Assembly (NCBI GenBank): GCA_034666125.1
Contig: JAXDML010000002.1
Span: 4,613-68,612 of the forward strand
Length of the DNA stretch: 64,000 nucleotides
Direction of reading: 5' to 3'
Origin: Candidatus Parcubacteria bacterium
GTDB lineage: Bacteria; Patescibacteriota; Minisyncoccia; Phycocordibacterales; Phycocordibacteraceae
Both the position numbers and the translations under genes were made by a program. Shown here piece after piece: positions 17,694-26,559 of this stretch (the stretch's first letter is position 1; each line of letters begins with the position of its first letter). Below the pieces are notes generated by a model. That model saw nothing but the letters and a program-made list of their open reading frames with translations. It was not told where the DNA came from and made no database searches.

Positions 17694-18986
17694 ATGGCAA
17701 CAGTATATATACGCCGTACAGACGGCAAACGCCCTCCGCGTACCGGAGGATACGGCCGCTCCGCAGGCGCTTCAAGTTCGCGCAGTTCGGGAAGCCGCTC
17801 GTATTCCGCAGGGCGCCCCGCTTCAGGCGGACAGCGCGGATCGCAGGGTCGCGGAGCCGCTCCCCGCGGCAAGCGCAACTTCCAGGAGATGTCGATAGAC
17901 CTCTCCAAGCTTATCAACAAGGCGCAGCCCCTAGAGGACAGCGAACCTTTCGCTCCGATTCACACGTTCGCCGACTTCAAGGTCGACGAGCAGCTGAAGG
18001 ACAACATCGTCGCCAAGGGATACGCGCTCCCGACCCCCATCCAGGACCAGTCGATACCGCACGTGCTCAAAGGCTCCGATATCGTCGGCATCGCGAACAC
18101 CGGCACCGGCAAGACCGCGGCCTTCCTCGTGCCGCTCATCAACAAGGTACTCAAGAACCGCGACGAGCGCGTGCTCATCATGGTACCGACCCGCGAGCTC
18201 GCCATCCAGATCGAGGAGGAGTTCTACGGCTTCGCCAAGCGCCTCCAGATACACGCGGTGACCTGCGTGGGCGGTGCCGGCATCGAACCGCAGCTCCGCG
18301 GACTCCGCCGCGCTCCGAACTTCGTCATCGGAACGCCGGGACGCCTGAAGGATCTTATCGAGCGCCGTGCGCTCAACCTCGGGAAATTCGCCACCGTCGT
18401 ACTCGACGAGGCCGATCGCATGCTCGACATGGGATTCATCGGCGACATGCGCGAGATCATGGCGCTCATGCCGCGCGTGCGCCATACGCTCTTCTTCTCA
18501 GCGACCCTGTCGCGCGAGATCGAGGGGCTCATCGGCGAGTTCCTGAACGACCCGGTGCGGGTGTCGGTGAAGACGCGCGATACCGCGCATACCATCGACC
18601 AGGATGTCGTGCGCGTCGAGGCCGGACGCAAGTTCGAGCAGCTCGTCGAGCTTCTCAATGAGCCGGGCTTCGACAAGGTTCTCGTCTTCGGACGCACCAA
18701 GCACGGCGTCGAGCGGCTCACGAACGACCTCAACCGCGCGCGCGTCCCGGCAGAGAGCATCCATGGCGACAAGCCCCACGGACGCCGCCAGAAGGCTCTC
18801 GGCCTCTTCAAGCAGGACAAGGTACGGGTACTGGTCGCGACCGACGTGGCCGCTCGTGGATTGGACATCTCGGGCGTGTCGCACGTCATCAACTACGACC
18901 TGCCCGCGACCTACGAGGATTACACCCACCGCATCGGTCGCACGGGCCGTGCAGGGAAGGCAGGGAAGGCGCTTACCTTTATTTAA
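17694..18986 (+). CDS. DEAD-box RNA helicase with disordered RG-rich N-terminus
   Basis: Q motif, TGTGKT, PTRELA, DEAD, SAT, ARGLD, HRIGRTGR; ends right after the core. Confidence 0.96.
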   Translation: MATVYIRRTDGKRPPRTGGYGRSAGASSSRSSGSRSYSAGRPASGGQRGSQGRGAAPRGKRNFQEMSIDLSKLINKAQPLEDSEPFAPIHTFADFKVDEQLKDNIVAKGYALPTPIQDQSIPHVLKGSDIVGIANTGTGKTAAFLVPLINKVLKNRDERVLIMVPTRELAIQIEEEFYGFAKRLQIHAVTCVGGAGIEPQLRGLRRAPNFVIGTPGRLKDLIERRALNLGKFATVVLDEADRMLDMGFIGDMREIMALMPRVRHTLFFSATLSREIEGLIGEFLNDPVRVSVKTRDTAHTIDQDVVRVEAGRKFEQLVELLNEPGFDKVLVFGRTKHGVERLTNDLNRARVPAESIHGDKPHGRRQKALGLFKQDKVRVLVATDVAARGLDISGVSHVINYDLPATYEDYTHRIGRTGRAGKAGKALTFI

Positions 18987-18994
18987 ACGCCTAC

Positions 18995-19037
18995 ATAAAA
19001 CAAGACCGCCCGACGTAGTCGGGCGGTCTTGTTTTAT
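18995..19037. terminator. Bidirectional intrinsic terminator
   Basis: ATAAAACAAGACCGCCCGAC / GTCGGGCGGTCTTGTTTTAT perfect inverted repeat. Confidence 0.9.
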
Positions 19038-19073
19038 TGTTGACCATTTGGAACGAGGCTGGAACCCGAATAC

Positions 19074-19097
19074 AAAAAGAGCTGCTTCGCGCAGCTC
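19074..19097 (-). terminator. Intrinsic terminator closing the minus-strand RNA
   Basis: GAGCUGC-loop-GCAGCUC followed by UUUUU on the minus strand. Confidence 0.7.
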
Positions 19098-19384
19098 CAT
19101 TAAAGAGATGAGTGGGTTAAGGCTTGGAAGTGACCTCCCATGTTCAGACGATTGGCTCGCCCTACTCAATCCTCCGGTCAGTCGCCTGCCAGTATAGCTG
19201 TCGCGCCATGCGTCGTAACTAGTCCTGGAGAGGAAAGGCCCCATGCACAAGTGCGTGGTTGTTCCCATTCGGGAATCGCCATATTTGGTCTTTTCCCACT
19301 CATCCCTGTCGAGTCAATTGGTGGCCTGTCACGGCATCTTTAACGGCTGGCTGCTTCTAAGCCGACCGCCCAACGTATCGACAA
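19074..19384 (-). ncRNA. Candidate ncRNA with a 23S rRNA uL11-binding (H43-H44) mimic domain plus a ~200-nt structured domain
   Basis: 19374-19317 aligns gap-free to 23S 1051-1108 with compensatory pairs; closed by UGUCGA/UCGACA; 12-bp stem 19295-19306/19105-19116; own terminator. Confidence 0.75.
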
Positions 19385-19388
19385 TCTA

Positions 19389-19416
19389 TTTATATCAAAA
19401 CCCTAAGGAGTATCAA
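19389..19416 (-). promoter_or_regulatory. Candidate promoter TTGATA-N16-TATAAA for the ncRNA
   Basis: Immediately upstream of the closing stem; imperfect -10. Confidence 0.45.
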
Positions 19417-19510
19417 GTTGGGAGACCAGGTCCCGCTCTATTAAAAGAGTCCTCTATATTAACCATAACCTCAGCATTACGGGGTATACTAAATCCGTTC
19501 ACCGGAACCC

Positions 19511-19768
19511 ATGACCGACTTCTTCAAGATGGACGCGTTCTTCGTCGTCGCTACCGTAGCGACGGTGGTCATCGCGCTTATCACGATAGTCGCGCTCGTG
19601 TATGCCGTCCGTTTCCTGCGGACGATCAACCGCGTCGCCGATTCCGTCGAGGAAGAAGCCGAAGCGATACGCGAGGACATCAAGGACGCGCGGAAGAGCG
19701 TGCGCGGGTTCCGGATAAGCGACGTGTTCTCGCTCTTCAAGAAAAGAGCATCTCGCAAGAAGAAATAA
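19511..19768 (+). CDS. DUF948/YtxG-like single-TM protein
   Basis: TM followed by a heptad helix; precedes a YtxH-like gene. Confidence 0.55.
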   Translation: MTDFFKMDAFFVVATVATVVIALITIVALVYAVRFLRTINRVADSVEEEAEAIREDIKDARKSVRGFRISDVFSLFKKRASRKKK

Positions 19769-19787
19769 CCACTAACAACTTTTACGT

Positions 19788-20234
19788 ATGGCATTGAAGA
19801 AAGGAACGAAGACAGCGATGGAGGTCGGCGCAGGCGTGCTTGCCGCAGCGGCGGTCGCCGGCGCAGGCTACTGGTTCTATGGCGACAAGAACGCGAAGAA
19901 GCATCGCAAGGCCGCGAACGTCTGGGTGAAGAATATGAAAAAGGACGTTGTGAAGAACGCCAAGAAGCTGAAGCGCCTCGACCAGAAGGCGATGGCTCGC
20001 ATCGTGGACGAAGCGTCCGCCCTGTATGAAGGTGCCCGTTCGGTAGACCGCAAGGATCTCCGCCAGGCGGCCAACGAGCTGAAGCGCAACTGGGAGGTCG
20101 TAAAGGCTGAGGTCCGAGGACGTGTCGGAGGCGCGAAGCGCGTGGCAAAGCGAAGCGCCAAAAAAGCGGTCAAAAAGACCGTGAAGAAGGCGGCTCCCAA
20201 GCGCGCTCGGAAGGCCGCAAAACGCTCCCGGTAG
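19788..20234 (+). CDS. YtxH-like protein with Lys/Ala/Arg-rich histone-H1-like tail
   Basis: AAAAVAGAGYWFYG anchor; tail AKRVAKRSAKKAVKKTVKKAAPKRARKAAKRSR. Confidence 0.65.
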   Translation: MALKKGTKTAMEVGAGVLAAAAVAGAGYWFYGDKNAKKHRKAANVWVKNMKKDVVKNAKKLKRLDQKAMARIVDEASALYEGARSVDRKDLRQAANELKRNWEVVKAEVRGRVGGAKRVAKRSAKKAVKKTVKKAAPKRARKAAKRSR

Positions 20235-20284
20235 AGGGGTGCTAGAATAGCGGGATAACAGGCAACTAACAGATTCCGGCAATT

Positions 20285-20998
20285 ATGGCTTCAGAAAATA
20301 ACAACGAGTTCATGCAGAAGTACCTGACCCCGATAGCGGTGCTCCTCGGCGCAGGGCTCATCGCCGTCGCGCTCATCTGGGGCGGAGGCGTGCGCGGCAC
20401 GAACCCGAACGATCCGAACGCGGCGGCGCCCGAGGTGGATATCAAGGACGTGGCGACCGACAACAGCCCGTTCATCGGGAGCAAGGACGCGCCGACGGCC
20501 GTCGCGGTCTACTTCGACTACCAGTGCCCGTTCTGCAAGCAGTTCGAGCTCTCGGTCACGCCCGAGCTCATGGAATACGTGACGTCCGGCAAGACGAAGA
20601 TCGTCTTCAAGGACTTCCACTTCCTCGGCGAGGACTCGCTCGCGGCGGCGCTCTTCGGACGCGCGCTGTTCGAGGCATATCCTGACCGCTTCGGCGAATG
20701 GTTCCAGCTGATGATGGTCGCGCAGGACGACGAGGGCGACGAAGGCTTCGGCGACCTCGCCTCGATCCAGGAAGTTACGTCGAAGATGGAAGGCGTGGAC
20801 GTCGCGCGCGTCGTGGCGCTCATGAACGAGAAGAAGGAGGTCTACAACGCGGCTATCGAAGCCGACTATAATGAAGGCGTGTCCTTCGGCGTGAACGGCA
20901 CCCCGACGATCATCGTGGGCAAGAAGCTCCTTTCGGGAATGTCGCCCGCGCAGTTCACGGCGGCTATCAAGGCCGAGCTGGACGCGCAGCTTCAGTAG
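20285..20998 (+). CDS. DsbA family thiol-disulfide oxidoreductase
   Basis: TM anchor; DYQCPFC and GVNGTPT cis-Pro loop. Confidence 0.9.
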   Translation: MASENNNEFMQKYLTPIAVLLGAGLIAVALIWGGGVRGTNPNDPNAAAPEVDIKDVATDNSPFIGSKDAPTAVAVYFDYQCPFCKQFELSVTPELMEYVTSGKTKIVFKDFHFLGEDSLAAALFGRALFEAYPDRFGEWFQLMMVAQDDEGDEGFGDLASIQEVTSKMEGVDVARVVALMNEKKEVYNAAIEADYNEGVSFGVNGTPTIIVGKKLLSGMSPAQFTAAIKAELDAQLQ

Positions 20999-21011
20999 CG
21001 ATTCCTCCAGT

Positions 21012-21050
21012 GAAAAAGCACGCGGCCCCGCAGGGGCCGCGTGCTTTTTC
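21012..21050 (+). terminator. Intrinsic terminator
   Basis: GAAAAAGCACGCGGCCCC / GGGGCCGCGTGCTTTTTC. Confidence 0.88.
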
Positions 21051-21077
21051 GTACGAGCGCGGTATCGTAGACGCATC

Positions 21078-21689
21078 ATGCGAACCTGGCGGATCACGGG
21101 TATGCTTTCGTCGCTTCTTTTCATTGCGCTTTGCGTCGTGCTTCATTTCGCGCCGCACGCCCTCGCGCTTATTGATGCCCGCGCGAGCTTGGCCGTAGCT
21201 CCGCTCCAGACCCTCAGCGGTATTCAGTTCTTCCTTGTGGCCACGGCATTCGGAAGCGCCTTAGGCGTCATCGCCATAGGCATCGGTTTCGCCTACATCG
21301 GACGCCTGGATACCGCGAATACGTTACGGCTCATATTCCTGCTTTCTGCGGTCATCGCTGCCAACAAGTTCCTCAAGGAGCTTTTCATACGCGCCCGACC
21401 CGACGCGCTTGCCTGGTTCGACAGCCTGGCATCGTTCTCGTTCCCGAGCGCCCATGCTTCGGCAGCGGTCGCGCTGTACGGATTCATCGCGGCAGTGCTC
21501 TATGCGCGTACGGGCCGTTTGGCGTACGTTTTCCTCCCGGTGGTCGCGATACTGCTCGTCGGGGCGAGCCGCGTCGCGCTTAACGCGCACTATTTCTCGG
21601 ACGTGATCGGCGGGTGCCTGCTCGGCGGCGCGTTGCTCGCGTTCGCGTTCCTGTTCCCGTTCGAACGGCTGGTCAACCGCTATGAATGA
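21078..21689 (+). CDS. PAP2 family membrane phosphatase
   Basis: K..F.RARP, SFPSAH, SRVALNAHYFSDV. Confidence 0.9.
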   Translation: MRTWRITGMLSSLLFIALCVVLHFAPHALALIDARASLAVAPLQTLSGIQFFLVATAFGSALGVIAIGIGFAYIGRLDTANTLRLIFLLSAVIAANKFLKELFIRARPDALAWFDSLASFSFPSAHASAAVALYGFIAAVLYARTGRLAYVFLPVVAILLVGASRVALNAHYFSDVIGGCLLGGALLAFAFLFPFERLVNRYE

Positions 21690-22107
21690 AACGGCCTTTC
21701 GCGCGATCGTCGAGGACGAGTGGGCGAAGGTCCCGCCACCGTACCGGGAACGCATCGAGAATGTCGCGCTTCTCGTCGAGGACGAGCCGAGCGCCGAGGT
21801 CCGCAAGGCGGAGGGGCTTGAGGACGGAGAAACCCTCCTCGGCATCTATCAGGGCATACCGCTTACCGGGCGAGGCGAGGGATACGGCACCGGGGGAACG
21901 CTTCCGGACACGATAACGGTCTATCGCATCCCGACGCTGCTTGAAGCCGAAGATCTGGTACGTGAAGGGGGCGGGGAACTTGCCCAGCATGTCCGACGCG
22001 TCGTCCGGGACACTGTCTGGCACGAGTTGGGCCATTATTTCGGTCACGATGACGAGCACATCCATCGCCGGGAGGACGAGGGAACGAACGAATTCAGGCC
22101 TTCCTAG
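21682..22107 (+). CDS. Zincin-like metallopeptidase (Zincin_1)
   Basis: LLGIYQG, LPDTITVYR, HELGHYFG. Confidence 0.88.
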   Translation: MNETAFRAIVEDEWAKVPPPYRERIENVALLVEDEPSAEVRKAEGLEDGETLLGIYQGIPLTGRGEGYGTGGTLPDTITVYRIPTLLEAEDLVREGGGELAQHVRRVVRDTVWHELGHYFGHDDEHIHRREDEGTNEFRPS

Positions 22108-22222
22108 GCTATCCACAGGGGTCTACGGTTCAGCTTTCCCTCATATTACGGGGGCTATACTTAAGGGCAATGATAGGGCTCCGTCCCGTATCAGCCGTTT
22201 ATTATCACCACTAACCAATCCT

Positions 22223-22624
22223 ATGGCTAAAACGCTCGCAATCGTGTTCGGTATCGTATTCGTGCTCGTAGGCATCCTCGGCTTCATGGGAAGCGGTATC
22301 GCCGGCCCGATGGGCGTATTCCAGACGAATACGCTTCACGACCTTGTGCATCTTCTGTTCGGCCTCATCCTTCTTGTCGTCGCCTTCACGGCGCCTGCAG
22401 GCTCGGCGAAGTGGCTCAAGATCCTCGGTATCGTGTACCTCGTGCTCGCGGTACTCGGCTTCCTGCTCATTCCGAGCGGCGGCCTGCTCCTCGGTATCGT
22501 GCTCATGAACGGCAACGATCACTGGCTGCATCTCGTTCTCGGTATCGTGCTCGTCATTGCCGGCATGTCCGGCAGGAAGAGCGGCGTGTCGGGAGGCATG
22601 CCGATGTCGAGCCCGTCGATGTAA
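22223..22624 (+). CDS. DUF4383 family membrane protein
   Basis: VGILGF, N.LHDLVHLLFG, DHWLHLVLG. Confidence 0.8.
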   Translation: MAKTLAIVFGIVFVLVGILGFMGSGIAGPMGVFQTNTLHDLVHLLFGLILLVVAFTAPAGSAKWLKILGIVYLVLAVLGFLLIPSGGLLLGIVLMNGNDHWLHLVLGIVLVIAGMSGRKSGVSGGMPMSSPSM

Positions 22625-22643
22625 CACGGAGGCTCATCCCTTT

Positions 22644-22676
22644 GAAAAGAGCGGCGCCATGGGCGCCGCTCTTTTC
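22644..22676. terminator. Bidirectional terminator
   Basis: GAAAAGAGCGGCGCC / GGCGCCGCTCTTTTC. Confidence 0.88.
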
Positions 22677-22721
22677 GTATATAAATACACAAGACCGGAC
22701 ATAGGTCCGGTCGGTGGTTTA

Positions 22722-22982
22722 TTAGAAGCGAACGACTTGCGGTGCTTGCGGGAGGGACAGGCGGCGTGGAGCAACGGGAGTACTGGAGGCATCGAGCGTG
22801 CCGGTCGATAGCGATGGCGACGACGTAGCCTGTTCGATAAGTCCGGTAGCGGCAGTTGCACTTACACCGGCACCGCGAAGGAACAGCACGGCGGTACGCT
22901 CAGCTTCGTGAAGGACTTCGGGGACGAGGAATCCGAGAATGACGATCAGTATTCCAAGTCCGATAGCTCTGAATATACGCAT
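22722..22982 (-). CDS. Hypothetical small membrane protein
   Basis: MRIFRAIGLGILIVILGFLVPEV N-terminal TM; fills the intergenic gap. Confidence 0.55.
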   Translation of the reverse strand: MRIFRAIGLGILIVILGFLVPEVLHEAERTAVLFLRGAGVSATAATGLIEQATSSPSLSTGTLDASSTPVAPRRLSLPQAPQVVRF

Positions 22983-23128
22983 ACAGAAGTGATGAGGAAT
23001 AAATCGCGCGCACGGGATGTGGCGCAATGAGACAGCAGGTGCTTCCGGTCGTCATTTCAAGGATCCGACTCCCTCCGTTCCTTAAAAGCCCTGATGGTCC
23101 CGACAGGTTTCAGGGGTATAGTAATCAT

Positions 23129-23599
23129 ATGAATAAGGCGTATTTTGCGGCCGGCTGCTTCTGGGGCGTGGAGGACGCATTCCGGAAGACGCCGGGCGTC
23201 ATCGAGGCCGTAAGCGGCTATCAGGGAGGACATACCGAGAACCCGACGTACGAAGCCATCTGCAGCGGAGCGACCGGACACGCCGAAACGGTGGAGGTCC
23301 TGTATGACCCCGAAAAGGTCACCTATAAGGACCTCATACGGAAGTTCTTCTCGCTCCACGATCCGACGCAGATGAATCGGCAGGGGCCGGACATTGGCAC
23401 CCAATACCGCTCCGCGATCTTTTATAAGACCGACGAGGAGCGCGCTGTCGCGGAGAAAGTGAAAGAGGAGCTAACACCGAACTATTTCCCGAAGGCCATC
23501 GCCACCGAGTTCACGAAAGCCGCAGTCTTCTATCCCGCCGAGGAATACCACCAGCGATACTTCGAGAAGCATCCGGGGAGAGCGATCTGCCACGTATAG
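23129..23599 (+). CDS. msrA: Methionine sulfoxide reductase A
   Basis: AAGCFWG, TGHAE, HDPTQ.NRQGPD.G.QYRS, AEEYHQ. Confidence 0.96.
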   Translation: MNKAYFAAGCFWGVEDAFRKTPGVIEAVSGYQGGHTENPTYEAICSGATGHAETVEVLYDPEKVTYKDLIRKFFSLHDPTQMNRQGPDIGTQYRSAIFYKTDEERAVAEKVKEELTPNYFPKAIATEFTKAAVFYPAEEYHQRYFEKHPGRAICHV

Positions 23600-23640
23600 G
23601 GTTCGAGACGTATCCTCCCAACGCGAGATATACTCACGAT

Positions 23641-24387
23641 ATGAAGTCCGCACAAGTGCTTGCCCTGGGAAAATTCAAGCCAGAAGACTTGCTCGTTACG
23701 GTAAGTAAATCAAACAGAAAGATCAATCCTGCCATCGAAGAGCAGGTCGATGCCATATGGGAGGCTACTCGGAAGAAAGCGGCTGAAGAAGGCCGAGTAT
23801 GCTACAACGGAACGTCATATCGCCTGAACTCCCTTAGGGTGGAAGGAAATCAAATCAGGATAGATTTCGGATTGCTTGAATATAAAGCGCGTCAAGCACT
23901 CCCGACCATTCCAGGATATTTCGATTTGCCTGACGAGTATTATAGAAAAGGTTGCTATAGCGGAGCTACCGTGAAGTCCAGTGATGGCCGGTATCTGATC
24001 GTGGAACTCTCCGGGAAATCCATGAACATGAACAGAATTGACGTGCTTGGTGGGATCATCGAGAAGCCCACGGAGATAGTAAATGGAGGAGATGTCTTTA
24101 AAGCCCTCTACGACGAACTCGAAGAAGAGGGCTGTATACGCCTAGCGGATATCGAGGAATCCTATCTGCGTGCCATTTATATGGAAGCTAAGACGAACAT
24201 AGGTTTTTACTTTGAAATACTCTTAGGTATCTCATCCAAAGAAGTGCTAGAACGCTTTGACCGGGAAATGGACGATCAGGATATAAAGTCATTGCAATCG
24301 CTCACGTACGAAGAGTATATGCACGTGCTCCATACAGAAACGAATTCCGCAGGCAAACAACTTATGGCAGAGATCATAGCCATATAA
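23641..24387 (+). CDS. NUDIX-like protein (degenerate box, AT-rich gene)
   Basis: GGIIE...ALYDELEEEG. Confidence 0.6.
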   Translation: MKSAQVLALGKFKPEDLLVTVSKSNRKINPAIEEQVDAIWEATRKKAAEEGRVCYNGTSYRLNSLRVEGNQIRIDFGLLEYKARQALPTIPGYFDLPDEYYRKGCYSGATVKSSDGRYLIVELSGKSMNMNRIDVLGGIIEKPTEIVNGGDVFKALYDELEEEGCIRLADIEESYLRAIYMEAKTNIGFYFEILLGISSKEVLERFDREMDDQDIKSLQSLTYEEYMHVLHTETNSAGKQLMAEIIAI

Positions 24388-24421
24388 AAGTCCCGATAGC
24401 CCGCATGCTAGGGTATAGCTA

Positions 24422-25672
24422 ATGTCCCACAAGGAGCGGCCTCTGATCTCTGCGCGCGAGCACGTCATGCAGTGCGACATCAGCGGGTTCCCGCCGGGTG
24501 TGAAGCTCCTGATGTGGACGCGGTTCGTCAGATGGATCGGGTGGGGATTCGGCGAATCCCTCATCCCGATCTTCATCTTCACCCTTTCTGTCTCATACGC
24601 GGAAGCGGGCCTGATCAATTCGTCATACAATCTGGTGCTCTTGTGCGCGCTTCCGGTCATCGGCGCTCTTGCGGATCGCATGAGCGCGAAGCTCCTCGTT
24701 ATCATCGCGCTCGTCCTCTACCCGTTCGTCGGCATCGGGTACTTCCTCGCGGGAGCGAGCGGTCTTGCCGTATACGTGATCCTCGCCCGCGGCCTGAACG
24801 GTCTCACGTGGGCCATGGAAGGCGTCGGCGTCGATACCTACTACCGGCGCACGACCAACCGTGAGTGCCTGGCATCGTCGTTCGGTTATATGGATACCTA
24901 TACGAACCTTGCCTGGATCCTCGCGGCGGTTGCCGGCATCTTCCTTCTCGAGTACGTGCCGCTTCACTACCTGCTCCTCGCCATCGCGCCGTTCTCCTTG
25001 CTCGCGCTCCCGTTCGCGCTCAGGGTCCCGAAGGACAACATCAAGATACGCCTGCCCGCGCTTCCGAGTCTCGGCTCATATGTTGCGGCATTCGATGAGT
25101 TCAAGAGATGGAATATCCACCTGCATCTGCTTGCCGCGCTCGTCCTCGTCATGGGCATCATCTCGTCGCTTATCGGATTCTTCGTGCCCATCGACGCGTA
25201 CGTGGAAGGCGCCGACCTCGGCATGGTCATGCTTCTCGGCATCGTTGCAGCCACTCCCACGCTCTTCGGGTTCTCCTTCGGGAAGATCGCCGACCATCAT
25301 AACAAGTATGTGTTAGCGGCAGTCACGCTCGTGGTGAGCGCGCTCATTGTGGCCGGGCTCGCGGCCTTCCCGTTCTATTGGTACAAGCTCGTCGCCAGCT
25401 TCCTGCTCGGCGTTCTTGCGGAGCTTCTCGTGGTGGTCGGGAAATCGCTCGTTACTACCCTCGGTCCCGTGGAGACCTATGGACTGCGGGGAAGCGTATT
25501 CGAGAGCATCTCCACGATCGGCAAGCTTGCCGCGCCACTCCTTATCGGCGTTTCGCTCGACGTCATGGGCTTTGCGAACATGAGCCTGATAACCGCCGCG
25601 ATCGCGATCGTCCTCGGACTCGCGTTCATCATGCTTGAGCGGGATTTCCTCCGGGGGTATGTGAAGCCGTAA
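24422..25672 (+). CDS. MFS transporter
   Basis: ~12 TM; GALADR and GKIADH motif-A repeats. Confidence 0.85.
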   Translation: MSHKERPLISAREHVMQCDISGFPPGVKLLMWTRFVRWIGWGFGESLIPIFIFTLSVSYAEAGLINSSYNLVLLCALPVIGALADRMSAKLLVIIALVLYPFVGIGYFLAGASGLAVYVILARGLNGLTWAMEGVGVDTYYRRTTNRECLASSFGYMDTYTNLAWILAAVAGIFLLEYVPLHYLLLAIAPFSLLALPFALRVPKDNIKIRLPALPSLGSYVAAFDEFKRWNIHLHLLAALVLVMGIISSLIGFFVPIDAYVEGADLGMVMLLGIVAATPTLFGFSFGKIADHHNKYVLAAVTLVVSALIVAGLAAFPFYWYKLVASFLLGVLAELLVVVGKSLVTTLGPVETYGLRGSVFESISTIGKLAAPLLIGVSLDVMGFANMSLITAAIAIVLGLAFIMLERDFLRGYVKP

Positions 25673-25678
25673 CGAACG

Positions 25679-26065
25679 TCAGTCCTTATCTTTCTCGAAC
25701 TCCAGGCACACTGAATTGATGCAATACCGCTTGCCGCCCGCATCCTTGGGACCGTCGTCGAAGACGTGGCCGAGATGGCTGTCGCAGTTCTTGCAGTAGA
25801 CCTCCGTGCGGCGCATACCATGTGAATCATCCAAACGCGTCCCGACGTTCTCGGCGACCGCTGGATCGGTGAAGGAGGGCCAGCCCGAGCCGGAGTCGAA
25901 CTTCTTGTCGGACGAGAAGAGGGCCGCGCCGCAGGCGCGGCAGTGATACATCCCGTCCTCGTGGTTGTTGACGTACGCGCCCGAGAACGGGGCTTCGGTC
26001 CCGCCCTTGCGGAGCACCGCGTACTCCTCGGGCGTAAGCTTTTCCTTAAATTCCTCTTCGTTCAT
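25679..26065 (-). CDS. msrB: Methionine sulfoxide reductase B
   Basis: GTEAPF, KFDSGSGWPSF, HLGHVFDDGP, RYCINS. Confidence 0.96.
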   Translation of the reverse strand: MNEEEFKEKLTPEEYAVLRKGGTEAPFSGAYVNNHEDGMYHCRACGAALFSSDKKFDSGSGWPSFTDPAVAENVGTRLDDSHGMRRTEVYCKNCDSHLGHVFDDGPKDAGGKRYCINSVCLEFEKDKD

Positions 26066-26099
26066 ACGAGAAGCATACCGTATGGTACGATACCTGCAC

Positions 26100-26549
26100 A
26101 TGAGTCGCTCCATGCTACTGGCCATCATCCTCGTGCTGGCCTTTTTGGGTCTCGCTGACACGTGGTATCTCGCGCAAGCGGCGCTTACGAACACCGATCT
26201 CAACTGCGGCATCGAAGCGCTCGACCATTGCAATACGGTCGCGCAGAGCGAATACTCGCGCGTCTACGGCATCCCGCTTGCGCTCTACGGCTTCGCCTTC
26301 TACGTCATGTTCTTCGTACTCGCCGCCATCATCACGACCCTATCGCGCCCGATATTCGTGAAGCTCCTGTTCTGGATAAGCGCGCTTGGGTTCCTATTGT
26401 CCCTCTACTTCCTATACCTCCAGATCTACGTCATCGAGGCGCTCTGCATCTATTGCCTTGCGTCCTTCGTGATCGCCACGCTCCTGTTCCTCGCGACCAG
26501 GACGCTCAGGACCCGGGAACTTGCCATCCGGCACCCCGTGATACCATAA
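26100..26549 (+). CDS. VKOR family disulfide-formation membrane protein
   Basis: Loop Cys pair, V.QSEYS, CIYC in the last TM. Confidence 0.9.
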   Translation: MSRSMLLAIILVLAFLGLADTWYLAQAALTNTDLNCGIEALDHCNTVAQSEYSRVYGIPLALYGFAFYVMFFVLAAIITTLSRPIFVKLLFWISALGFLLSLYFLYLQIYVIEALCIYCLASFVIATLLFLATRTLRTRELAIRHPVIP

Positions 26550-26559
26550 GCTCATCCTT

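Noticed and set aside
19074-19384. Calling this a 23S rRNA gene or rRNA pseudogene
   Set aside because: Only 58 nt resemble 23S, the flanks do not, and the changes are paired and compensatory rather than random decay.
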